Positions 25,141 through 37,519 of a stretch of DNA of 64,000 nucleotides are shown here, in pieces. The translations under genes were made by a program, and so were the position numbers. This DNA is from Camelus dromedarius (lineage: Eukaryota). The stretch covers positions 75,766,001 through 75,830,000 of the forward strand of contig NC_087436.1 of NCBI RefSeq assembly GCF_036321535.1, in the 5' to 3' direction. Under the pieces are notes generated by a model that had not been told where the DNA came from, searched no databases, and saw nothing but the letters and a program-made list of their open reading frames with translations. How positions within the stretch are numbered: position 1 is the stretch's first letter; every line of letters starts with the position of its first letter.

Positions 25141-26204
25141 AAGGTAGAAGCCTGAATTTAGGAGGATAATTATTTCTGCTGCAGATAATAACCAACTGAA
25201 CACATTCCTTGAGAAAGTAGGATGGAATGGGATCCAGAATTTATGTGGAAGAATTTGCCTTTGATAGGCAGAGGGAAAAATCCTGTGTCGTAAAGGAAGG
25301 AAGAAGTGGAAAATGGGAACACTTACAGTGAGTAGCAATTAGAGGAGTCTGGCTAAGGAAGAAGGAATGGCTGGTCACCTACTTTAGCAAGAATTTTTTA
25401 TTAATAGGACAGAATCAATAGGAAGATACAATCAGAATCAGTCATGCCTGAAGAAACTAAGATTAATTCCTTTGGGGGCTGTTCCACACTATTTCTGGCC
25501 TCTGTGATGATAACCTCAAAGAAAAACTCATAGAGAATGAATTTTGTCTCAAAATGAAATCATCAGAGCCTTTGGCTCTGCCCTCCCTTGAACATAATAG
25601 CTTAAAAAACAAACTGAAACCTTGCTAAAAGCAACCTGCTGGAAGTCAAAAGATGAACAATCACTTGCTCTCAACCTTGCAGAAGCCAGGGAAAGCTGAT
25701 CAGGAGCTGGGGCAGGGTCATCCGTTTTGATCCCTCAACTGGAGGTGAAGTCAGCAGCACAAATTCAAAAAGCCTGGCTGTGCTCAGTAAGCTTCGCGAT
25801 CTTGGCTCCCAGACAAGAAAGAGAACTTGTGACCAAAAGGGACACTCCAAGAGGAATTTCAATGAAGCACAACTTGAGCGAAAACAATAAGTTGCCCAGA
25901 TTACTTGGATGGTAGACAGCGGGCCTGGCATGTGGAATGAATGTCATCAGCTGAGAACACAGCCTTGATTGGGAGCCACAGAGCCTGCTGCCCACGTGGT
26001 CCCCTTGGGCTGGCTTCCTCGTGAATACTATTTGGTGAGTGCCAATCCACTCCCCTCTGTTGGCTGTTTTTACCTCCCTCCAAATGATTCCCACAGGAAT
26101 CTTTCTCTCCCTAGACAGGGTGACAAATACGCTTTACTAAAACGTCATCATCGTTTTGTAAAAAATTTTCCTTCAGGATACAGAGCAACATTGATGGCAC
26201 AAAT

Positions 26205-26718
26205 ATAAAATGGTGTGACCCTTTGAAGAATTGTTTGGCAGTTTCTTACAATGATAAGCGTAATCTATCCCATGACCCAACAATTCCATTCCTAGGAATT
26301 TACTGTAGGGCAGTGAAAACATATGTTCACACAAAGACTTTCATAAAAATGTTCATAGCAGCCTTACTCATAATAGCCAAAAGCTAGAAGTAACCTAAAT
26401 GTCTACCAACAGGAGAATGGATAAACAAATTTGGTACAGCCATACAATGGAATACTACTTGGCAGTAGAAAGAAATGGATTATTGATAAATGCAATGACA
26501 TGGATGAATCTCAAAAATATTATATTGGTTGAAAAAACCAGACACACAATCACATACACACACACACAATCATTCAACATGATTCTGGGGTGATAAAAAT
26601 GTTTTCTACCTTATTTGGAGTAGCAGCCGCATAGGTGTAAGGTTGTCAAAACCCACCTAACTGAAACATTTCTGATCAATGCCATTGACTGTGTACAAAT
26701 TGTATGTCAATAAAAAGA
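26205..26718 (+). mobile_element. Old L1M 3' fragment
   Basis: atgacccaacaattccattcctagg...aatgttcatagcagcc...catacaatggaatactac...acatggatgaatctcaaaaat. Confidence 0.85.
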
Positions 26719-26918
26719 AATAATCTTCCTTTATAAAATGCTATTAGCATGCCCTTTGCATATCCTCTGACTTCAGGTGCTTGAAAATAAACCTCTTACA
26801 CCATTTCACACCTTAGAAGTATGAGGTAAGTCCTGGAAGAACTCAAAGGTGAACACCAAAAGAGGTAAATGACAAACTGTAGCTTAACCAAGGGAGAAAC
26901 TGAGTAAATGCTGGGACG

Positions 26919-26932
26919 CAGCCCGGTGGCGC
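26919..26932 (+). promoter_or_regulatory. Candidate CTCF motif
   Basis: CAGCCCGGTGGCGC(TG) resembles the CCRCYAGRKGGCRC core with two deviations, in a small CpG cluster. Confidence 0.3.
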
Positions 26933-27751
26933 TGTGGTTAAACTCTGCTGGCTGCTTTTGCTACCCACAGACCCCTCTTCTAGTACGCCCTGAGAGAGGC
27001 TAGTGCTAATTCCAGCTGCACTGGCTCCTGATGTGTACTTTGACAGAAGTGAGCAGGAGGTGACCCCCGCAAGTCTTTTGTGCAGTCATCCTGACCTAAT
27101 CCTTGTAGAGAGCACTTCTTCCCCTGAATTCCTGTTGTACTCCTGGCTGTAGCACACAACTCATTTATTTTATGTTTAATACAGGACTTATGAGGCAGGC
27201 AATACAGGGGGATGGTTAAAAGCATGGTCTTTATAATCAGTGACCTGAATTCAAATTCTCTGTCACTTATTATCTGCTTATATTTGGAGGATGGACTCAA
27301 TCTCCTTGAATTTCAGTGACCGTTTGCACTAGACAGGGAGTTTTCCAAGAGCAGAAGACTGAAGGGGAATGTATTATACTTGCCACACTTACCAGTCAGT
27401 TTCACCATCCTGGCTGAAGTGAGCGGAGGGTAAGGGAGACCAGGGCTGCTGTGTTCATAGAAAGGAAACATCAGGAGTGGGGACAAAGCTTTCTCCCTCT
27501 CTCATCATTTTCAATGACCTTTCACCAATATTACCAACTGTGAAGCAGGTAATATTATAAACATGAAAAATGAGGTTCAAAATCGTCGTCTATACCAATA
27601 TAAACCTGAGAGTAAGCAGCTACACTTATAAGTAAACAAAGGAGTTTCAATAATTTTTTTATCAATGTCTAATATGGGCAAATATTTTAAATTTTTTATT
27701 AAGAATTAAATTCACAAAGAAAAATGCACAAGTAGTAAGTATATATTTTGA

Positions 27752-27843
27752 GGTTTATTTATTTTAATGGAGGTACTGGGGATTGAACCCAGGACTTCAT
27801 GCATGCTAAGCATACACTCTACCATTGAGCTATACCCTCCCCC
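27752..27843 (-). mobile_element. Vic-1-type SINE inside an old L1
   Basis: atggaggtactggggattgaacccaggac...gagctataccctcccc; TSD tatattttga / tatactttga. Confidence 0.9.
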
Positions 27844-28004
27844 TATACTTTGATAAATGTTTGCAGACTGAACTTACTCATGTAGTCCTCACCCAGCTTA
27901 AGAAACTGAACACTCTCAGCACCTCCAAAGACCAGCCCCTCTCCCAGCCTTGTGCCCCTCTCTGGTCAATAATCCACCCTCAGGAATAACCATGCCTTGA
28001 CTTC

Positions 28005-28341
28005 TGTTGTAGGCTAAATGTTTGTGTCCTTTTACAAATTCATATGTGGAAATCTAGTCCCCAGTGTGATGGTATTCGGAAGTGGGGCCTTTGGAAGTGA
28101 TTAGGAATAGTGCCCTTAGGGAGGAGACCCCAGAGAGCTCCCTTTTCCCTTCTGTCATGTGAGGACACAGCAAGACGACTGCTGTCTATGAACCAGGAAG
28201 CAGGCCCTCCCAGACACTGAACCTGCTGGTGCCTTGACCTTGGACTTCCCAGCTTCCAAAACTGTGAGAAATAAGTGTCGGTTGTTTACAAGCTCCCTAG
28301 TCTACGGTGTTCTGTTATAGCAGCTGGAACAGACTGAGGCA
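28005..28341 (+). mobile_element. MLT1A/MLT1A0 solo LTR
   Basis: aaattcatatgtggaaatctagtcccc...catgtgaggacacagcaag...ttggacttcccagcttccaaaactgtgagaaataa; TG...CA ends; 5-bp TSD acttc/acttt. Confidence 0.9.
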
Positions 28342-29266
28342 ACTTTCAACACCAAAATTAGTCTTGCTTGTTTTAGAACTGCATACAAATGCAATCATAT
28401 GGAATCACACACTAGGTGCTCTTTTGTGTTCATGCTTTTGCTTGGTTTTGTGAGATTCATCCATGTTGTCGTGACGCCCTCCCTCTCATTGCCATATGGT
28501 CTTCCACTGGGAGGACACACCACGGTGTGTGTCCATTCATTCTCAGTGGATGGGCATTTGGATAGTTCCCAGTTGGGGACCTTTATAATTACTGCTGCTC
28601 GTAGCATGAATGTCTTTTGCTGGACAAACGATACGCATTTCTGTTTGTTAGACACCTAGGGGTAGAGCTGCCGAGTCCTAGGTTGTGCATATGTTTAGCT
28701 TAAGTAGGTATCGTCAGTTTTCCAAAGGATTTGTACCAATTTGCACACCTGCCAACTGCAGTTCCCTTTTTCCAGTACTTAGCACTACCAGTCTTTTTCA
28801 TTTGAGCCATTTTGGCGGGCTTGGGGCACATTTTAACTATCTTCATTTTTATTTCAATACCAGTTGGTGGCACTTTTTTTTTTTTTTTTGACTGTGCCTT
28901 GAATTACTTCATTTCCTCTCACACAGTGGCTAAGATACTTTCAGTTTCTTTGTTTTACTTAAAATTTCTCATCCTACTTCAGGAAATTCTGGTGAGTTCT
29001 TTCCTGCTCATCTTTTGCTTTCTTTCCCTGATTGTTGCTTTCTGTCACTCTCACACATACTTCACGACACCCCTCAGGGCGACTCCTCCACGTGACTCCC
29101 ACAACATCCATCTGTGCTCTAAGTCATGTGGAGTCTCAAGGTCTCTAGGTTTAAATTTTCTCCCCTCTCTAGTCTAGTCTCATTCACATTCATCCTGGGA
29201 CTAGTTCTAGTCCCATTTCTTTTTTACCAGGCCAGGCCCTAAAACTCTCAGATATCAAGAATACAA

Positions 29267-29349
29267 GACTTAAGTATCCGTAGATTTTGGTATCCATGTA
29301 TCCACATAGGTCCTGGAACCAATCCCCCATGGATACTGAGGGACGACTA
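29267..29349 (-). mobile_element. Tigger-family (MER2/Tigger3-like) terminal fragment
   Basis: gattttggtatcc...ggtcctggaaccaatcccccatggatactgagggacgact, the recalled TIR-proximal motif. Confidence 0.8.
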
Positions 29350-29696
29350 TAGTTAACATTTATTGAGAGTTTACACAATGTCAGAAACCTCACAATACTC
29401 TACATCCTACACAAAAATCCCGCCCTTTACAAGTAAGGAAACTGAGATATAGGCAGCTTCAGCAAATTTTCCCAGTCCAAATTGTTAGTAACTGACAGAG
29501 CCAGGATTCAAACTCAGGACGTCTAACCCAGAGCACGTGCTCTTAGACTTTGGTAAATGCGGTGCAGTTACACACTCTCCAGCATCTATTTTCTGTTCCA
29601 CTCATCTGACACTTACATTCAAGTCCTTGTATCATTGGCCATCCTTTTTTTATACATCACCGTGATTTTGAATCTTTCAAATCTTCTGTCTGATTT

Positions 29697-30141
29697 TGTA
29701 GGGTGTTGGGCTACATCCCACAGGCCTACAAGGCCTGTACTTGCCCGGCTTCGAGACCGAAGAAGGAGCCCGGAGTCAGTGACAGAGACATCAGTGATTT
29801 AATGGATTAGGGTGCTTACATGTCTGAAGCAAGGTCCTGGAGTGACACCCCACTGTGTGGCAGATGTGGGCAGGACACGGTGGCAGGCTTTGCTCCCAGG
29901 GCTGAGGGAGGTTAGCAGTCATGGGGGAGTTGACATCAGGTTGGCTCATTTGCTACAAGGAAACCAGCAGAGGGGCACACTCCTCACCACCCACTTTGAC
30001 AAGAACAATCACTAGCTGGGGCCTGGGGCAAGCATGTAGGAAGCTCAGCCAGGTGAGTAGGCGTAGATGAAGCAGGCACTGGTTGAGGAGGGGATGCAGA
30101 GAGAGCAAGAGGACAGCCATCTTGAGTGGCCTGACCATACA
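29697..30141 (-). mobile_element. Putative ERV solo LTR, family not identified
   Basis: About 445-bp GC-rich block with TGTA...TACA termini in AT-rich flanks; ATTAAA on the minus strand (29798-29803) about 100 bp from the LTR 3' end. Confidence 0.7.
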
Positions 30142-30914
30142 CAGGACATTTAAAAAGTGGAAATACTGACTGAAAAGAAAAGCAAAAACTTAAAACTTCT
30201 ACATAAGAGAGAACATCACAAAGTGAAAAGACAGATGACAGACCAGAAGAAGACTGGAATGCATGACAGAGATTCAATGTCCTTACTACAGAAAACCCTT
30301 CCGCAAGCCATCTAGCAGTTACATAATTTTTTTTTAAGGGTAACATTAAAGTAAGCAATTCACACCAGCAGAAATGACTCATTTACAAAAAGTTTTACTT
30401 CACTGGTAATCAAATCAATGAAAATTAAAATGATTTTTCACCTTCTTTATACTTGCCTATACTATTTACGCATTTATTTTGCAAGGAGTATATGTTGGTT
30501 TTATTCTTCTTAAAAGAAAGTTATTTCTGTCCTGAGAAGACAAAAGGGTATCTATATCACACATTTTGTGAGGCAGTATGAGCGTCTGACACTCACTGGG
30601 GTCTAATCACAGGGGTTAAACAGTTTGGTGGCAAAGAGCTGCATTTCTAAGAAACCATTTATCATTGACTCAATTTTTTAAAATATACTCAATTTTCTGC
30701 CACTGTGTTTCCGGTATAAATTAGTCATGTCTGGACTCTGTCATCAGGACCTGGCAAACCTCGCTTCCCCTCTGCCCTTTTTGCCCTGAGGATTCAGCAG
30801 AGCTCACACATCACACGTCTCAGCAACCAGCAGTATTACCTCTTCCACCCACGGGGCTCATTTTTGACAGTCAGATGCCCCAGCCTCTAAGATGACTGGA
30901 TAAAAACCTGTGTT

Positions 30915-31155
30915 ATTTTTTTTTTTAATTGAAGTATAGTCAGTTTACAATGTGTTAAGTTCTGGTGCACTGCGTAGTGATTCATATATATATGTATATG
31001 GATTTCTTTTCATATTCTTTTTCATTATAGGCTACAAGATATTGAATATAGTTCCCTGTGCCATACAGTAGGGCCTTGTTGTTTATCTATTTTATATATA
31101 GTAGTTAGTGTCTGGAAATCCCGAACTCCCAGTTTATCCTCCTTTCCAGCCATCC
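30915..31155 (-). mobile_element. 5'-truncated L1 3' end
   Basis: Poly(T) aattgaagtatagtcagtttacaatg...gatattgaatatagttccctgtg; approximate TSD gtgtta. Confidence 0.88.
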
Positions 31156-33853
31156 ACCGTGTTACTTGTTGATGCAACACATCTCCCTGTCAGAAATCTC
31201 ACCTGTTACCTCAGGCCCCAGTCCACTCCTCCTCGAGTTCTCTCCTCACTGCTCCGCTTGCAGCCATGAATTTACCCGCCCCTCCTATGGGAGTCTTAAT
31301 CATAAATAATACTCTCTATAATTTGCTGAGTATTTACTTCATGCCAGGAATTGACACATATCTTCTATTTTAATCCTCTCAACAATGTTTTCAGTTAAAT
31401 ATAATTACTATTTTACAGGTGAAAAAATAAAAAACAAGGGTCACCAATCAGAGCACCAGCTGGGATTCAAAGGCATGTGCATCTTTCTTCCGACCGGGGG
31501 TCTCTCTCCCCTCAGCTTTCCTTTTGCCAAGAGGAACCCCCGACTCTTCTCCGAGGGCTGGATCACATAGTTACCACCGCTGGTGACCTGGGGCTGGGAC
31601 AGAACTCACCTCCTCCCCTAAAAGCTTCACTCCATCTGGACTCAGCGTGACTCCTCTCAATGAGTAAAAATGTTGGTAAGACTACTCACCCCATTGCAAC
31701 ATTCTATGTGTCATTATTAGTTTAAGAGATAAAGTGCTCAGCTCTTGGTTACCAGTCTTTCCCAATTTTCCACCTAGGATATGCTGCCCAGGATATACTT
31801 CCAAATTCCTTTCACACATTTGTCCAGGAAGTGTCACAACTTGAAGAGTGCTAGGTCCTGGGGAGAGAAAGCCCCTTACTCCACAGAACTGGGGCTGGGG
31901 GGGGGGGTAATTTTATGAAATGACTTGCTTCAAATTCACCATACTCTCCTTGACTTCTTCTCCAACCCGAGGCTAATATGAGCCCACATCCTTGCTTCGA
32001 CAGTCAGTTATTTGTCATAACAAATTGTGCTACGTTGGTGAAATGCCTTCAGCTGATGTCCACCCCAGATACACACACTTGCTTTGCTTCCTGACCACAG
32101 CAGCCCTCGCGATGGCCTGTGTGGTCCAAGGGCACAGAGCCAAGACGCTGTTGCCACGTTTTGCTCCCTGACACCATCCTACAGAGCGTTATTTCACGTC
32201 CACACTCCATGCCTTCTGCTCCTGGCTCCTCTGTTGTCATGGTGCCCACACTTGTGTGGGGAGTGCCACAGACTTGTGCCCACTCACTGCTTCAGCGGCG
32301 GTCCTGAGACCTGGCCTCCTCAGGCACAGGTAGAGGGGCCGAGTGCGCAGTCCCAGAGTGCACCGGATCCATCTCTGCACCCTAGCACTAGAGCAGTCTC
32401 CGCCCCATGGCAGGAGCTCAGCAAGTGTGTGCTGAATGAAGGAGTAAAGGACCAAAAAACTGAAGTGATTTGCCTAAGATACCTAGCTTAGGGGAGAACT
32501 AGACAAGACTCTTGGCTCCCTAAATCCTATAGCAGGGCTCACTCACCTCTACCACCCTAGGTTTACATTAGCCTCTTATACACACAAACACACACACACA
32601 CATGCACACACACATGCACACACAAAGATGCACGAGAACAAGAGAGGGGGCAGGGTATAAAGGAGAAAAACAACATAAGTGAAATCTCGGGTTGAATTTA
32701 TCGATAGCAGAACAGCAAGACTAGAGCTGGTATTATCCTGGGTCTGAGGTGATCTGCTCCAAGGCAGATACATTGTATTTATGGATAAATGTTACTGTTG
32801 CCCAAATTCCTACATCTGGAACAGACCTGGAAAAACACTTGACTCCAGGTATAGTGAAAGGAGCTCAGAATGCATATTTATAAGATTTAAATGTGGCCGT
32901 TTATCACTTATCCCACCTCCAATCATCAAGTTTTTGAAAAAAAAAAAAACCTCATTTAAACATTAATCTGATATTTTCCTACCCTCCCAGCAAAGTAAGT
33001 GTCTCCTTAGAATTTGTTGTCTTTATTGCTGTTACTTTAAATATTTTAAGTGAATCGACCACATTCAATATTATTCATTTTTATTTAATTAGTATGGGTC
33101 AATTAATACTCAGAAACCACAGCAGAAATTCCACTAAGAAATTTTTTTCAGATTATGACATAGATGTATATCTTTTTCACAAGGTATTGATTAAGAAGTA
33201 GGGAATAAAAAGTATCTTAAGAGGAAATTTCTTTGCATTAGCTATACTGTTAAGAAAAAGGACCAGAAGCAAAGAAACAGAGTAATGAAAAAATGAAGAC
33301 AATACAAATTTATGCATGCTGTCACAGAGTCCAATAAAGTGGTTTTGGAAATTATCATTAATTCTTTTACTCAATGGGAAAAATTTTCTACAGAAAGCTC
33401 TAAAGAGAGAACTATTTCTTGTAATCCTATCATTTGAAAATAACTACAGTTAATGTCTGAGTGTCCAGCTATTCAAATTTAGCAAAATAGGTACATTCCT
33501 AAGAAATCTCAAATTCTCAAAAAATATCAAGAAAGAGGTAACATTGAACCTGGGGAAGGATGGCTGGAGAGTAGACATGGGAGAGAAATTTTTCACTATA
33601 TATACTACTATGTATCTTTTAGATGTTGTCCTTTTTGAATGTATTGTCTCTCAAAAATAAATCAAATTTAAATTTAAAACCAAGATTTTAAAAAATATTT
33701 TAATAGGAACAGAGAAGTTTTAGACTCACAGTAGAACAGGTTTTTTTTTTTTCACAGTAATTTCAATAATAAATGTGTTTTCATAACCGTAAGTGTATCT
33801 GGTTATTGCCAGTTTAAAAAAAAAAAAAGGTGAATCAAAAAGTACAAGAAGGT

Positions 33854-34042
33854 GGGGGGAGGTATAGCTCAGTGGTAAGAGCATGTGCTTGGCACACACG
33901 AGGTCCTGGGTTCAATCCTCAGTACTTCCATTAAAATAAATCTAATTACCTTCCTCTGGCAAAAAAAAGAAGAAAGAAGGAAAGAAAGAAAGAAAGAAGG
34001 AAAGAAAGAAGGAAAAGAAAGAAATGAGGCTTAAATTTTTTT
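33854..34042 (+). mobile_element. Vic-1-type SINE with a (GAAA)n tail
   Basis: ggtatagctcagtggtaagagcatgtgc...aggtcctgggttcaatcc...ctaattacc; TSD aaaaagtacaa at 33837-33847 and 34043-34053. Confidence 0.9.
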
Positions 34043-36364
34043 AAAAAGTACAAAAACAAACACAGACCCTTCCTTGCTTGCCCTTCACTCCACGCATTCA
34101 GTTCCCTCATTCCCTATTGTGGCGGCTGCACATTTCCCCTAACAGAACAGTATTCGTAACAGCCAGGTTAAGAAGCAGGGTTTTTTCCTATTCTGATGAT
34201 GGTAATTCCAGATCAGTTTTAGTTATCACTAAGAGTGGCTCATATAAAGGATGTTTCAGAATTAGCTAATTGTACTGTATCCAATCCTTGTGATGAACAC
34301 TTTAACTAGAGGAGAACTCATTTTCTAAATTATTGTTCAAACTTTTTTCCAGGAAAGTGTACACATATTTTACATAGAAGGTATCTTTTGTTTCGTTTCG
34401 TTTTTACAAAAAGAATGGGATCATAACAAACATATTACTTTTTAGGTTTTTTTTTAAACTGAGTAAAGTATTCTGAACTCTTCCACGCTAAGAAGCATAG
34501 ATCTACATTACTGTTTTAATTTATCACATTCCGTTTTATCTACCTACAATGACAGTTGAATTTAATCCCCTATGCCTTGGGAATTTATTTTCTTAAAAAA
34601 AAAAAACCACTTCAAGAATTTGCTTTTCTTCATTAAACAAGGCCATGCTACTCTTTTCAGTATCTTGTGATATTTGTATATGAACTATTAAAATGAATGT
34701 GATTCCATTACTGTTTAAAGACAGACACAAAGGTCACTGAAGACTGAGATTTCTATAAGCCATCGCAACCCTGGGAAATACCGCCTTTGCTAAAGCTGGA
34801 ACAAACCCAGGAGTAATTTAGGTCCACCCAAGGTTTCAGGTCCACCCAAGGAAGGCTGGAATTGTGTATGAGTCAGCAGATCTATTATAAATCAGACCAT
34901 TTCTTTAGACAGGGAGTTAATCCCATTCAATTCAAGCATTTTTTTGTTGTTGTTTAATAAAGTGCAAGGCCGTATGCTCATGAAGAGGGATGCAAACTAA
35001 ATTGGGTCACTCTAATTGTCTAGGATGCTTCCAATCTAGTAGGGAAATGCACATACATAAGACATACGTAAATGAGTAGGATACAAAGAAGACTTATAAG
35101 CAAGACAGAAAAGCAAAAGTGTCCTAAAGAACACAGAACAGAGCAAATTAGGCTGGGAAGGCAGCATAAGAGCGGCTCCTCTGAGAGTCGGTGGGATTGC
35201 AAGAGAAGAGAGCAGACAGGCCCTGGGGAGTAACGAGAGTCTGGGCTGTTGACATGGGTTTGACTCAAGCTGCTCAGCACTGTAAAGCCTTTCTCCTGTT
35301 CTCACTCTGTCCTTTTCAGTTCTCTCTTCCTGGGCTGCTACATTTCTGGGCGCGCCCAGAGGATCTTCAGACTTTACAAACCGGTTGTGCAGAGCTTGGC
35401 ATTTCAATAAGAAACAAAATGCTGAGTAACAACATGAAGTCAATCTGTCGCTTGCCAAGAGCCGGAGGCCTGGGTGGTTTCCCAGTCTTAAAGGGGCAGA
35501 AGGATATTACAGTCAGCCTCCCAGGGAAAAGCTGGATGGATTTACCAACACAGAAAATGCTGTGCACTAATCCAGTTTGTGTATGTGCAGCACCTGCGAT
35601 TACTGCCGGTCACTCCCAAACCCGACGGGCTAACTGAAGTTCTCATTTACTTTGCCTTTTCTTTGCGACAGGCTAACATATCATGAACAGCTTACTTTGT
35701 GAAGAATCTTTCATGCATTGCAGAACAGAGATACTGTTCAGTCAGTACTGGGTCAAAGAAGAAAAGTTGAAGAGATTTAAACAGGAAATGACTCTACTAC
35801 AAAGAATTCAGAAGTATAAGTGACTAAAGCCAGCCAGGCACCTATGATGAGTTCTAGGTGGCTTGGAAACTGTAGGGCCCATAGCCAGCTTGAATGGGTG
35901 GAATCTCAGGCGGATGAAACCCTCAGAGCTCCAAGGAGATCACTCCTGGATCCATCACACCTGTGTCACAGGTTTTCCACCAGCTCAGCCCTTATTCAAC
36001 ATCCTGAGGGCTTTTGTCCAATCACTCACGTTTGGCCATTTGTTCTGGGACAAGGTACCGAGTACTGGGGCAACCTCACAGAGCCTATAATTGAAATGAG
36101 CAGAGGAAACAGCAGCCAGAGACCCAAGGGAGACTGGGGCCGACTCAGGAATTTCTTAATCTTTGCTTAAAAAGTTCTCTATCAAAAATTTTAAATATGA
36201 TTATAAAAATAATATCTACTCCTGATGGAAAAGTTGGAAAAACAGAGATGTATAACACAGGGAAAAACACAAGTCCACCACTGACATAGACTGGATATAT
36301 TTATTTTCATTCTGTGTTCTCTACACACATGAATATATAGAATTGAGATCATATTATATATATA

Positions 36365-36814
36365 TTTTTTGTCTTTAATTTTTATTTTTTATTAAAGAGG
36401 CGTTAATTTACAATGTCAGTTTTGGGTGTTCAGCAAAGTGATTCAGCTATACATGTACTTACATACGTATGTTTTCAGATTCTTTCCCATTACAGCTCAT
36501 TACAAGAAACTGAATATAGTTCCCTATGCTACACAGTAAGTCCTTGTTGTTTACCTATTTTATATACAGTAATGTGTATCTATTAATCCCAAATTCCTCA
36601 TTTATCCCTTCCTCCTTTCCCTTCTGGTAATCACAGTTTGTTTTCTATGTCTGTGAGTCTATTTCTGGTTTGTAAATAAAATTTGTATTTTTTTTTTTAG
36701 ATTACACATATACACGACATCATATGATATTTGTCTTTCTCTGACTTACTTCACTTAATATGATAATCTCTAGGTCCATCCATGTTGCTGCAAATGGCAT
36801 TATTTCATTCTTTT
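36365..36814 (-). mobile_element. 5'-truncated L1 3' end (about 450 bp)
   Basis: ttttcagattctttcccattacag...tctgacttacttcacttaatatgataatctctaggtccatccatgttgctgcaaatggc; approximate TSD tattatatat. Confidence 0.9.
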
Positions 36815-37519
36815 TATTATATATGGTTTTATGTTAACATTTATCTAACATTATACTATAGTCATTTCCCATGTCATTAAGCTTTGTTATAAATATTGCT
36901 TTTAATGGCTATGTAATAGTTCATCCTAGAGGTAAATGACAATTTATTTAAATATTCCCCCTCTTGGGGCACTTAGATTGTTTCCAGTTGTTTTTTGTTT
37001 GTTGTTTGTTTTTAAGAAATAGCACTGTGGTGAATATCTGTTCGTATAAATATTTTGATACAATTAAATTTATTTCTTTAGGGTTCATGTCAAGAAGTAG
37101 AATTATTGAATCTGGGTACTCTTTAATTTTCTTAAGTTGTAAACAGATAAATCATACTGCATGAGCAATATATTACAAAGTCTGAACATCCAACAAGTGT
37201 CTTTGAATCACTGTGGGTGAGTCGGGGAGTCCCCAGCCACTCTCAGTAGCCTTATTTTATACATTTCACCCATAGTCCCTTTAGCTTCCTCATGCCCAGC
37301 CCCAGACCCCAGTCTAGACAGTGCTATCCTATAGCTGATCATCTTTTTCACTGGAAAGATTTGAAAACTGTTGAACTCAATGGTTCCCTTTTCTCTTTCC
37401 CAGGCATCCTATATCCGAATGATCTGAAGGAGCGGGTTCTCTGAGCCATGAGACTGAATTCTCTGTTTACCTATCTTAGCCACCTGCCTGCCTCTACACA
37501 CATATATTCGTCTTTTCTT

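Larger units (their letters stand above)
22370..25330 (-). mobile_element. Fragmented L2 interrupted by LTRs (L2 pieces at about 22370-22690, 23871-24775 and 25170-25330)
   Basis: Reverse L2 3' end (ttcattc..tcattcct..aagtacctat) and internal L2 motifs (ggagatcagtttgggatatgataaattc, gcacatagacaacttc). Confidence 0.7.
27690..28830 (-). mobile_element. Old L1M fragment hosting the SINE and the MLT1A LTR
   Basis: tgagattcatccatgttg...ccattcattctcagtggatgggcatttggatagttcccagtt; the sequence continues across both insertions. Confidence 0.75.

Noticed and set aside
26399..26593. ORF with L1 ORF2 C-terminal-like words (WYSHTMEYYLAV)
   Set aside because: Degenerate L1 fossil, not an intact gene.
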